64,000 nt of DNA from Octopus sinensis (taxonomy: Eukaryota): assembly GCF_006345805.1 (NCBI RefSeq), contig NC_043003.1:66650001-66714000 (forward strand), given 5' to 3'. Under the pieces are notes generated by a model. The model saw only the letters and a program-made list of their open reading frames with translations. It was not told where the DNA came from and ran no database searches. Positions 52,075 through 64,000 of the stretch are shown here, one piece after another (within the stretch, counting starts at the first letter, position 1; every line of letters begins with the position of its first letter). The position numbers and the translations under genes are program-made.

Positions 52075-52417
52075 AATAATAATAATGATGATGATGATGA
52101 TGATTATGATGATGAAGACGATGACGATGACGATGATGATGATGATACCAGGCTTACCATCCCTACAGGAAGTGTAAAAATTCGTGTTAAATGGAACGAC
52201 TTATGTACTGAGAAGAGCATTATCGTTGTGAAAACAACATCCATTCATGAATTTATTTATTTATTAATTTTTTAGACACATATTTTACCTGTGAATTTGT
52301 GTGTGTAATCTGGGAATGCATAAAATGAGCTTCTCTGCCCTAGGTGTACGGAAAATACTCGTCGAGAAACGGAAGAAAATTTGAAGAAGGAAAGGGGTAA
52401 AATACAATAATAATAAT

Positions 52418-53730
52418 AACTGGAATATGAACGAAATAAAGAAGATTGACAGGAAAATACATAAGCTACTGACTTGCAATAAGATGCACCGCCGAAAGGC
52501 AGCCGCAGATCGTCTTTACCTACCCAGAGCTCAAGGAGGTCGAGGCTTGATCCAATTTGAAATCTCCTACAAAACCACCACAATTGGACTGGCAAAATAT
52601 CTTGAAACGTCTAATAATTGGATGCTGAAGCTCGTTGAAAACCATGAGAGACGTAAGAAGCTTCATTATATAATGAAGGAGAGCAAAAAAAATTCAGGCT
52701 TAACAGCATGAGAGAATTGCACCAAATGTAGTTGCAAAGAAGGTGAAAGCAATAGCAAGACAAAATGCGCTTGAACAATTGACTGATAGGTGGAAACAAA
52801 ATCCTCCGCAAGGCAAATATGTGCCCCCGTAGCAAACAAGCTGATATAGACCAGAAGCACACCCATCAACGGCTACGGAGCTCAGGGCTAAAATCAGAGA
52901 TTGAAAAGCTTTATCTTGACTGCCCAAGATCAGAATTTATTGACCTGGAACTATCAAGCCAATGTGATGAAAATTGGTGTAGATCCAAATTGCCGATACT
53001 GCAGCGTTGGGATAAAAATAGCCGACCACCTAATCTCTGGATTTAGCACCTGTAGTGTACACATCAAGACATGACAGAGTTGGCCAATATCTACACTTGT
53101 TAATATGTCGGTATTATAAAATCAAAACTGTTGACAAATGGTACAGTTACCACCATAAGGCTGTAAGTGAGGGAGAAAATGTAACTATTCTTCGGGCCCA
53201 TGAAGGCAAATAAACCAGGTATTGTTGTGAAAGACAAAAGAAATACAATCGGTTTACTGATTGACATGAGCAAAAAAGTTTGACTAGCTCAGAAAATATA
53301 AAGATTTACTCATCGAAATTGAAAAGATGTGTCACCTCAAGACGGATACAATTCCAGTGATTGTAGGAGCACTTGGAATGAACAAAATAGGAACTGAAAA
53401 TTACTTAAGAATAATCCATGGTTTACCATCCATGCAAGAATTGCAAAAGATTGTCTTAACTGTACGTCACACGTATTGAGTAGAGCAATGTCACTGTGGA
53501 TTTTCTTTCCTTTTCCCCCCTTCATTTTATTTGTTTACTTTTCTATTTTTTATTTTTTTTATTTTTCTCTCTGTCTTCCCTTTTTCTCTGTCACATGACT
53601 CTGTAAATGAACAGTCTGGTGTGCTTTTTTTAATGGCCTACCAATGTATACAATATGTTTCTCTGCCCTTGGTGCCAAGAAGACACTCGGCAAGAAATGA
53701 AAGCAGAATTGAAAAAGATGCTAATGAAAA
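52418..53730 (+). mobile_element. R4/Dong-like LINE, different subfamily, decayed
   Basis: NWNMNEIKKIDRKIHKLLTCNKMHRRKA..DRLYLPRAQGGRGL, HDRVGQYLH, KP.IVVKD and PVIVGALG; starts after (AAT)4 and ends at (AAT)n. Confidence 0.85.
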
Positions 53731-53776
53731 TAATAATAATAACAATAATAATAACAACAACAACAACAACAACAAC

Positions 53777-53832
<56 letters not shown>

Positions 53833-53984
53833 TGATGATGATGATATCAAGAGCACTCAGAGAGTGCAAACCTCCGCCAAGGCAACACCAACGTACTCTC
53901 AACGATTATCCAGAGATGATTTTTAAAATGAGAATATCTAAAATAAACTCGACTGCTTTCACAAACGAGGATACTGATACCCGA

Positions 53985-54152
53985 CAATAAGGGCTGCAAT
54001 AAGGGTAGAACACTTGCAGAAAACAGCACTGCTAGGAACCGCGCGAATACTCCGGAAGGTGCTCGAAAAATAAGAGGTGTTACCTTAGTTCACTGGTAGT
54101 GAACATCTGACACCGTTGGACATCTCCAGCGTTAGAAGCTGTGCAAAGGCAA
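53985..54152 (+). mobile_element. Short R4/Dong-like 3' end
   Basis: IRVEHLQKTALLGTARILRKVLEK*; 3' UTR resembles 39240-39330; AAT tail. Confidence 0.8.
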
Positions 54153-54224
54153 TGATAATAATAATAACGATATTTTTTGTAACTGTGTATGTTTCTTTAA
54201 TGTGGCATAAGAATTCACTTCGCT

Positions 54225-54545
54225 AACACGTGGTTTGGGGTTCAGTCTCACTGCGTGTCACCTCAACCATGTACTTTCCACTATAGCGCCCGAGTTAACC
54301 AATATCTTATCAATAAATTTAATAGGCGGAAACTGTGTGGAAGCCAGTCCTATCTATATGTGTGTGTGTGTGTGTGTGTGTCCATATGTGCATACATGTG
54401 ATGTATGTCTATGTGTATAAGTGTGTTTGTGTATGTGTATAATTGTGTGACTTTGATAATCGGTGTTGGTTTGTTTACTTTCCCGTGAATTAACAGTTCG
54501 GCAAAACATACCGATAGGATAAATACCAAACCCTAAAATGAACAA
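54225..54545 (+). mobile_element. Decayed SINE family B
   Basis: gggttcagtctcactgcgtgtcacc...gttaacagttcggcaaaa. Confidence 0.65.
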
Positions 54546-54921
54546 GTAAAAAGTCTGATTTTTCGACTAAACACTTCAAAGTAGTACAGTAGTATGGCCG
54601 CAGTCTAATTATTGAAACAAGTAAAAGATAAACGACATATCGATTTTAAAGGAAATTCTTTTTAGAGGACAAAGAAATATATTTTAACACCGCTAGTTTA
54701 CTTGTAGCGAGTACTGCAAAACAATCCTGTTTACAAAATTTAACTTCACGAACGTTAACGCATGTTAGTGTATGAAGCAGGAACATTAGACACCATTGTT
54801 TCAGCCTTTTTTCTAACACCGGAACTGTAACGTCTGTGATGACGAAACCTATTTAGCCTGTTTACCAAGCGTGCATATAACAGAAAGGATTATTATTATT
54901 ATTAATATTATTGTTAATATT

Positions 54922-55300
54922 CAGGCAGCGATGTGGGAGAATCGTTTGTACGCCGGGCAAAATGCTTAGCGACATTTCGTCCGTCCTTACGTTCTGAGTT
55001 CAAATTCCGCCGAGGTCAACTTAGCCCGCCATCATTCCGGAGAACGAGGAAATAAGTACCAGTTACGCTCTGAGGTCGATGTAATCGACTAACCACCTTG
55101 TGATTATGCAAGAAAGGATTATTATTATCATTATTAATATTAAGGCGGCGAGCTGACAATCCTTAGCATGCGGGGCACAATGCTTCGCGGTATTTCGTCC
55201 AACTTTCCGTTCTGAGTTCAAATTCCGACTTTGCCTTTCATCCGCTAGGGGTCAAGAAAATGAGTACCAACCGAGCACCAGGGTCGATTTAATTGAACCG
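54922..55300 (+). mobile_element. Two SINE family A copies
   Basis: gagttcaaattccgccgaggtcaac and gagttcaaattccgactttgcctttcatcc. Confidence 0.75.
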
Positions 55301-55317
55301 AACTTACTAGTCATGGG

Positions 55318-55349
<32 letters not shown>

Positions 55350-55433
55350 CATTATTATTATTATTATTATCATTATTATTATTATTATTATTGTTGTTGT
55401 TATTATTATTATCATCATCATCATCATCATCAC

Positions 55434-55484
<51 letters not shown>

Positions 55485-56108
55485 TATCTTGTTGTTGTTG
55501 TTATTTAAAACAGTGTGATTTGACACCATGTGGCTTAAAGTTTCGTAATGTGTGTGTGTGAGTGTGTGTGTATGATGCCACACTTTGTTTGCAGATATAT
55601 GTTACGATTCCTTACCGCTACTGTTTATAACTCGCTTAGAGATTTAATATAACATATCTCTCTCTTTCATGACATCAGCGACAGTGAGTCACAAGAAGAG
55701 TACATCGTAATTTTCTAGTAGCATGAGATTTCATCACAAGCTAGTGATTAACACACGCTGAGGACGGGTAACCATCCAAAAACTCGAGTCCGTATGTATC
55801 ACGTAAGGTGGAAGCGATGACTTCCCCTTGCAAATACTAATCGAACATAGACTGCTGGAGGAGATGTCATCCTGGGGTTACAAACTACAGTAGCACTGTC
55901 TTGTATAGAACACCACACTTAGTTGGCAAATAGATGTTACGATTCCGTACCACTACTGTTTATATCTAACTCAGAGGTTTAATATAACATATCTCTCTAT
56001 TATATGTATATATATATAATACAAATAATACATTTCTAAATATCTCAGAGAGTTTTATACAGTAGTGGTACGATAAAGTAGTTGTATAAACTAGCAAGTC
56101 ATGCTATT

Positions 56109-56149
56109 CCAGACTGATGACAAGCAAAGACTCAGAAACTAGTCTCTGG
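56109..56149 (+). ncRNA. Minimal hammerhead ribozyme, core intact, stem II decayed
   Basis: CCAGA-CUGAUGA-CAAGCAAAGACUCA-GAAAC-UA-GUC^UCUGG; palindromic ACUAGU stem III; GUC triplet. Confidence 0.65.
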
Positions 56150-56447
56150 GTGCAGGCTTAGCTGGGGGGGGGGGTGATTATCTCTCCCTTGTAGACATAA
56201 GGACATAGGAAATGTGTCAAGGCCGACAGGGAGCGTTGATACTTCCTAGGGCTAAATAGCAGTAGTATGATTCCCTTCATGGGACTGTGACATTAATTTG
56301 ACACTATACAACTACTTTATATATATATATATTTCAATAATAATAATGAAAAGGGGAAAATTAATGAATTAATTACTTAATCAATTAATTAATTAATAAT
56401 CGTACCAAGTAGTTCGGTACGTTTAAATAACCTTTTTAGGTAAAATT

Positions 56448-56670
56448 ATACAAATATTCTGTAATTATAAACATAATTATAATCAGGGGTCAGCTAATTG
56501 CTGCACCACGCACCGAATTTAGAAATAGGAGTTAAAATGCCTGTTCTCCTACCATAAAGATCTCCCAGACAGAAAAGGCCTTTTCACTCCTATTTCTAAA
56601 TTCGGTGTGTGGTGAAACAATTAGCTGACCCCTGATTATAATTATGTTTACAATTATAGAATATTTGTAT
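56448..56670. repeat. Inverted repeat, ~95-bp arms, ~35-bp spacer
   Basis: tacaaatattct...caggggtcagctaattg...aataggag vs ctcctatt...caattagctgacccctg...agaatatttgta. Confidence 0.9.
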
Positions 56671-57512
56671 ATATATATATATATATATATATGATGCAGA
56701 TATGCACCATCAAATACATATGCACAAACAGATGCATAAACACTCCCAAGCATACATTTAATGGTCATGTGTTCGCCTGTCTTCGTGTGTGTATTGGTGC
56801 TTGTGTGTATGTGTGTTAATTGCTTTACATTTCCCAACTCACTAGGATGAAGTACTGGAACTCCTTTTCTAACAAACATATTGTTTCGCTTGCGTTTAAA
56901 ACAAAGCGAAATAAAATTAGTTGTAAAAGAAAAAAAGACTGCAGATGATATATGGTAAAATCATAGAGGCATCTTTCAAACAAAACTGATTGTTGTCTAA
57001 TGAAAAACTAATTATAAAACTAGGTTTCGTCTTTTGATGTTTTTTCAACAGATTTCCATGAAAGTATTGTCGTGTACGAGTGGAGGAGAATGAAAAAGAG
57101 TCTGCCTCTGGGCGTTGTGTTCTATGTGTATGTGTGTGTGTGGGGGGGGGGGGTGAATATCCGAACTAGTTTCTGTAGTCACTCAATGAAAGCCGATTCA
57201 CATGTAAAGTATGTGATGCCAGGAAACATTTCACAGAAGCAAACGCAAATGCGCACGCACTCACATATATACATAGACACGCACGAAATCTTACACCCCA
57301 TATGATATATATGTGTGTGTTTGTGTGTGTTTGCATGTATGTATGTGTGTGTGTGTGTGTGTGTGTATGTATACACAATTGTGTATTTATATGTATATAT
57401 CTGAATGTATGTATGTATGTATGTATCTATCTATCTATCTATATATCTGTCTATATCTATATATATTTCTATATCTAACTATATATGTGTGTTTGTGTAT
57501 GTATATATATAT

Positions 57513-57569
<57 letters not shown>

Positions 57570-57600
57570 GTATATATATATATGTATATATATATATATG

Positions 57601-57648
<48 letters not shown>

Positions 57649-58409
57649 CACACACATATATACTTATACATAAATATATATATAGACATTCGAAACGCGC
57701 AGTAGATGAAACAGGACAACTTTATGTTGCATGCATCGTTTTTCTGTTTGTTTTTTCATTGTTCTAAAAAAATTATGTTTTCTTTGTTTTTGTTTTCATG
57801 TTTTCCTTTCTCATTGTGTTCAACGTTTTTTTGATGTTCTGTACCCATATATGCATATATATATACATATATATGTAGGCATGTACATATGTTTATATAT
57901 TATTTATATTATTGTATAGACATACGTAAATGTGAAGTTGAAAGCAGGAACAGAAAGAGGAACTATGTGTTGTATTTAGGAGATTTACTTACCTTATACA
58001 CATTCGCATTGGATGGAATCTGAACTATGATGTAAAACAACGTTTCAAGTGAAAACTTACGTCAAAATCGTAAAGACAAAAACAACCTCGCCCTCCACCA
58101 CCTCCCAAAAGAACATAAACAAAAGCCCAAACAAAAAGCATTAAGAAAAATGAAGACTGAAATCTGACTGATATTGTAAATGAATATCTGTTTCTTTTGG
58201 CGATGCTAGAAACCGTCGTACGTTCGGGAATATAATGAGAATTGTGAATGAATTGAAATGGAACGATTCTGTGGGCCATTGGGGTTTTGTCGAGAAGTTT
58301 TGAATAAATAAATATATTATTCATAATATTTGGATTGGAATATTAAATAATATATTTGAGAAAATATATTTCTTAATTTGTTGTTGTTTAACTGTGTTTG
58401 CATTGCGTT

Positions 58410-58585
58410 GCTTTCTAAGCACATAGTTTCGGGTTCAGTTCCGCTGCATGGCACCTTGGACAAATGTCTTCTACTAAAGTAGTGGGTCGACCAATGAGTT
58501 GTTGGTGAGTTTGGTAAAAGGAAACTGCCTAGAAGACGTCGTATATACATACTTAACTATATATATATATATATATAATATATAT

Positions 58586-58637
<52 letters not shown>

Positions 58638-58666
58638 TACATATATATATATACATACATACATAT

Positions 58667-58742
<76 letters not shown>

Positions 58743-58930
58743 AAGAGAGAGAGAGATATATGTTCCTGTAACTTAGATAACTTAGTAGTTCCGCATAAGA
58801 CATCGATAGAATAATCACTAGACTTAAAAGAGATATGTTGGGATCGAGTCGGTAGACTAAACCCTTCCAGGCGGTGCCCCAGCATGGCCCATCTACAATT
58901 GACTGAAACAAGTAAAAGATAAGAAGAAAG
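58410..58930 (+). mobile_element. SINE family B with expanded internal microsatellite
   Basis: Head gggttcagttccgctgcatggcaccttggacaaatgtcttctac; tail ccccagcatggccc..gactgaaacaagtaaaag. Confidence 0.7.
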
Positions 58931-59759
58931 ATATTTAGGTATGAATAATGTAATTCATTTATTTTATTCTCTTTTAGCAAAATGACAGAAGAATGCAAAT
59001 ATTTCGTCGCAAGATGTGCTTGTAAATGGATGGATGGGTGGAAGCGGGGAGTGACGGTGGGGTGGGTTATACGGGTGGATAGTAAAACGGTTGGATATAG
59101 GGATATGTGGATGAATGGAGAGGTGGTCGGATGAGATATTCTGTTGTGGCAAATGGTACTCGCTTCTCACCGGAAACTGTTCTTATTGTTTCATATGAAA
59201 AGGATGCTGCCTACGAGAACTCTCTTTGAGCAGGGCTATGTTATGTTAATGCCTCATGGGAAAAAATACTCCCTTTGAAATTGACACCAGAGTCACAGAA
59301 AGAAGCTAGGGAACGATACAACATCCTCTCTACGAGATGTAAGACAAAGGGATCTGGGATGAGCTAGGGTAGGGAGGGAGGATGACACTCATTTCAAATT
59401 CAGGCCTTTATTTTGTTCTTCCCCTAAAAATATTATTAAGAACAAATGATGAGATCTTGTGGTGTACATTTTCTTTTCTTCTTTCAATTTTATTTTTATT
59501 TTTTTTTATCGTTGAGAGAGGAAATATCTTCTTTGTTTTTGCTTCTAGAATTTTCTGTTTTCTTTTTTTAGCGGGGTTTTACTACCTAACATTGTTTTGT
59601 TTGTTAGCGAGTAAAATGATATTTATACTTATGGTACCAACACCATGGCTATGTTCATCATTTCGTTGCTTTTACTACTTCAAGAATCCCCATCAAAACC
59701 ACTTCAACTGCGATTATTTTCAAACATTATCACAATTGCAACGACTGCCATTTTCGACA

Positions 59760-60125
59760 CCACCACACTATTCTGTGGCCATGCTGGGGCACTGATTTGA
59801 AGAATTTTAGTCAGACGAATCGATTCCAATATTTATTTTTAAGCCCGGTACTTATTGTATCGGTCTTTAGCCGAACCGCTAAATTATGGGGATGCAAACA
59901 CACCAACGCCAGTTATCAAGCGGCAGTGAAGGACAAACACACACACACACACACACACACACAGACGAATATACATATACAATGGGTTTCTTTCAGCTTC
60001 CGTCTACTAAGGCTTTGGTCGGCTTGAAGCTATAGTAGAAGACACTTTCCCAATGTGTCACGAGGTGAGACTGAAACCGGAACCATGTGGTCAAGAAGTA
60101 AACGTCTTACCACACAGCCACGCCA
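59760..60125 (-). mobile_element. SINE family B, near full length
   Basis: Matches 62545-62951. Confidence 0.8.
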
Positions 60126-60307
60126 ATGCGGTAAAAGTTTATAAGATAACTCTTAAGAATTATAGAAACTTTGGGGAGGCGTGAAATAATTTATTTTTAA
60201 CGATAGGACTCTACTTAAATAAAGATACAAATATTTGGTTGTGAAACCTATTTTTTTTCTTTTTCTACTCAAAAAGCTTTTGGATTCAATATTTACATGT
60301 TGTTGTT

Positions 60308-60490
60308 AAGGCGGCGAGCTGGCAGAATCGTTAGCGGCATTTCGTCTGTCTTCATGTTCTGAGTTCAAATTCTATCGAGGTCGACTTTGCCTTTCAGGGA
60401 TCGATAAATTAATTACCAGTTAAGGTTTAGGGATTTATGTGATCGACTTACACTTCCCACTAAATTTTAGGTTTTGTGCCTAAAGCAGAA
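60308..60490 (+). mobile_element. SINE family A
   Basis: aaggcggcgagctggcagaatcgttagc...gagttcaaattc. Confidence 0.8.
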
Positions 60491-60788
60491 AGGAATATTT
60501 ACATGCTGTTATTTATAGCTCTATCTACTTCGAGATCCATAGTTAAAAGCGAACTATGTCGCATCTCTGAGTTACAAAAATTCGTCTGACGTAAACATCA
60601 TGGTGTTCTGAATGGTAAGAAGAAATCTAAAATGGATAGAGAAATCCGAAGGGTTGTTTGAGGCTAAGAGTGAAACGTCTGCCATGGTTGCAGCGGATAT
60701 GAGTTCGTGTCCCACGGCAGCTTTCATCTCTTACTACGCGAAGGGCTGTTAACCTAATTTTTATATTCTATTATTTGTAAGTTTAAAT

Positions 60789-61210
60789 GCGGCAAGCTGG
60801 CAGAATCGTAAGTGCGCTGGACGAAAGGCTTGGCGGTATTTCACCCGCCGCTGTGTTCTGAGGTCGACTTTGCCTTTCATCCTTTCGGGGTCGATAAATT
60901 AAGTACCAGTTACACACTGGAGTCGATATAATCGACTTAATCCGCTTCTCTGTCCTTGTGTGTCCCCTCTGTGTGTAGCCCCTTGTGGGCAATAATGAAA
61001 TGAGAAACGTTAACACGCTGGGCAAAATACTTAACGGTATTTCGTCTGTTTTTACGTTCTGATTTCAAATTCCGCTGAGGTCGACTTTGCCTTTCATCCT
61101 TTCGGGGTCGATAAATTAAGTAACAGTTGCGTACTGGAGTTGATCTCATCGACTGGACCCCCCCCCCACACACACACAATTTTCGGGCGTTGTGCCTAGA
61201 GTAGAAAAGA
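60789..61210 (+). mobile_element. Two tandem SINE family A copies
   Basis: Same body motif at ~60865 and ~61080. Confidence 0.85.
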
Positions 61211-61303
61211 AGATCAAAAACTCTCAATAACCATCTCATAGGAGTCAGGAAACATTTTAAACCAATAACCCGAAAATATATTTATTCTAGGAAAGAGAGA
61301 CAT

Positions 61304-61357
<54 letters not shown>

Positions 61358-62544
61358 AACCATGCAAAAGTACAATGAAAATATTTTCATTTAAATTCAG
61401 ATAACATTGGAAACGAAGGAATTTATCTGATAATAAAATGTTTGACGATCCTTCTACAATTTCTCGAAATATCCACATAGCCTCATAAGCAGACGGTGAT
61501 ACAACCACGGATACTTTGCATAAAATAGTTTTGTAAAATAGACTCGCCCAAACCTACCATCACCGTTTTTACCAGTAGCGCAAGAGATAGCACAATACGA
61601 TCGACTGTCACCAGTGGCGGCTCGTGTATAGGCACTGCGGAACTGCAGCACCCACTATTTCCATTCGATATTATCGTTAACATTCAATATAATGAGTCCT
61701 TTTTTCATTAATTATTGTTTTATACTTGTACATTATATTATCCTTAAGCTTAATGTCTGTAGTCATCCCCTAGTTTATGAGAAACATTCAAAACTCCTTG
61801 TACAGAACTGTGCGCTTCAGAGTTCCATCGACACGGCGTTTGGCTGTTTTGCGTATGTCCGAGATAGGATGCTTTATGCTAGGGGAGAGAGCACTGTGGT
61901 TCGTTCAGTGTCAACTCCGGTTTGCTGGTGAAAGTGTTTCATTTTGATTCCGCGTGTGTTGTGCTTAAAATCGTGTTTATATTCTTGAATGTGATTAAGT
62001 TGTAGAATTAGATTATTATCCTTCTTCCAGCATTAGTGTTGCTACTAGGATCTGAAAAATAGGGCACATTCCCACCCCTTTATTTTGGGATTTAGAGGGA
62101 TTTTTGAAAAAAAAGGGGGAATTCACGGCGGTGTTCAGTGAACAAATTAAACACACTACTCGGCAATGGATAAAATGCGAACCGATCAAGTTTATGTGTA
62201 AATTTTCTTTTTATATGTTTGTTTCCTTCTACGCAATATTAAAACAACGGCTAAAAATTTTCTGAAGCAGCACCCCAACTAATTTTATCTACGAGTATTA
62301 CACACAACAGCATAAATATACTGCAGACATAAATTGCCGATGTATTTGAAACATTATTACATTCCTAAGGGGTTCCACCTTTGACAGCGTCACACTAATG
62401 AGATACTTTATTAGAATTACAAAAATATAATACAGATACCATTACTACTACTAGTTTCATTTCCGTTGCTATAAAAGGCAAATGTACCAAGAGCTGCATG
62501 GGGATCCTCTACGTTCCGGGTTCAGTCCCACTACGTGGCACCTT

Positions 62545-62951
62545 TACTCTTTTACTCTTTTACTTGTTTCAGTCATTTGGCTGCGGCCATGCTGGAGCTC
62601 CGCCTTTAGTCGAGCAAATCGACCCCGAGACTTATTCTTTGTAAGTCCAGTACTTATTCTATCGGTCTCTTTTGCCGAACCACTAAGTGACGGGGACGTA
62701 AACACACCAGCATCGGTTGTCAAGCAATGCTAGGGGGACAAACACAGACACACAAACACATACATACATACATATATATACATATATACGACAGGCTTCT
62801 TTCAGTTTCCGTCTACCAAATCCACTCACAAGACATTGGTCGGCCCGGGGCTATAGCAGAAGACACTTGCCCAAGATGCCACGCAGTGGGACTGAACCCG
62901 GAACCATGTGGTTGGTTAGCAAGCTACTTACCACACAGCCACTCCTGCGCC
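62545..62951 (-). mobile_element. tRNA-derived SINE family B, full-length reference copy for this window
   Basis: Minus head aggcgcaggagtggctgtgtggtaagtagcttgctaaccaaccacatggttccgggttcagtcccac has A and B boxes; (AGTAAA)n-like tail. Confidence 0.9.
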
Positions 62952-63471
62952 TTGGGTAAGTGCCTTCAATAACTTTAAACCGACCAAAGATTTGTTAATG
63001 GATTTGATAGATAGAAACTGAAAGAAGCCCGCCATATACATACATATATATCAAGGACGTGCCGCCTTTGTAGGCAATGTAGGTAGTTCCTACCTTGAAT
63101 AAAATAGATCGATAGCAATACTTTCCTTTTATGGCAAATTATGCACCTAATTCAATAAAATTATGAAGGTTACTCTGATTACTATGCATAAAATGCGAAA
63201 TATTTATTATTATTATTATTTTGTAGATTCGTTAGGCATAATTCGCTCCTGCCTTTCAATCTCAGTATTTAAGCTACGCACAGTACAGCTGTAGTACACG
63301 TGCTGCGTACATTCCTACAACAACATTTTCTTTGCGTGCTGTTAAGGCAGAAGTAAATCTGCCTTCAACTCAGTCATGCACCTGTGTTTCGGTTATTTTT
63401 TGTGTTTTTTACTACATAATTGTCACCCACTGCCTACCCTGAGTAATTACTCACGGCACGTGCCTGATATA

Positions 63472-63526
<55 letters not shown>

Positions 63527-63544
63527 TTGTATGTCTTTGAATTT

Positions 63545-63740
63545 GTGTTTGTCTGCCGTGACGGTTTGATATCCTGTGTCAGTGCGTTTACGTTCCCGTT
63601 ATTTAACGGGAAAAGGGCCAATACAATAAGTGCCAGACTTAAAAAGTAAGTATTAGGGTCGATTCATTCGACAAATAATTCTTGAAGGCAGTGTCCCAGC
63701 ATGGCCGCAGTATAATGACTGAAATAAGTAAATGATAAAA
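63545..63740 (+). mobile_element. SINE family B, 3' part
   Basis: gtcgattcattcgac...cccagcatggccgcagtataatgactgaaataagtaaa. Confidence 0.7.
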
Positions 63741-64000
63741 AGATAGTCATAGCACACATGAAAAATTTAGTAAAAAAAAAAAACAGATCAACAGTGAACA
63801 AATAGATTCAGAGTCCTCACTGGCACCATGTTTGCCTAACATACATAAACAGCAACATTTCCATCTAAAGAATACCCGCGATTCATCAAGGATCGAATAT
63901 ATTGTTTGCGATTCTAATCTGCTGGAGATTTTAATCTCTCTACAGAAATTTTAACGAACATCAAAGAACTCAACTCCCTGCATATCGCGCAATCAGAAGT

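Noticed and set aside
61610-61660. CAGTGGCGGCTCGTG hAT-like terminus
   Set aside because: No matching opposite TIR or TSD found.

Overview
AT-rich eukaryotic DNA dense in microsatellites and transposable elements. It is probably intronic or intergenic. The SINE families and repeat landscape look like an octopus/cephalopod genome; this is recognition from memory and was not verified by search. No host gene could be identified, only a few weak candidate exons. Almost all ORFs in the supplied track are translations of microsatellites or SINEs. Real protein-coding signal comes from decayed mobile elements: about nine R4/Dong-like restriction-like-endonuclease (RLE) LINE fragments, most next to (TAA)n tracts and five stacked at 48.8-54.2 kb; RTE LINE fragments; a Helitron helicase; piggyBac and mariner transposase fragments; and a Penelope-type GIY-YIG remnant. 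There are also hAT and pogo/Tigger-like MITEs and four tRNA-derived SINE families. The most striking structure is about ten minimal type-I hammerhead ribozyme motifs, found by eye in several unrelated repeat families. Several have intact cores and palindromic stem III. They include a 385-bp TSD-flanked element that joins a tRNA-like Pol III head to a hammerhead tail, and a ~366-bp palindrome carrying two opposed hammerheads. A head-to-tail pair of composite Helitrons joined at an exact CTAG|TC junction, one enclosing a piggyBac fragment, and a 1.26-kb near-perfect tandem duplication also stand out. There is one 100-N assembly gap.
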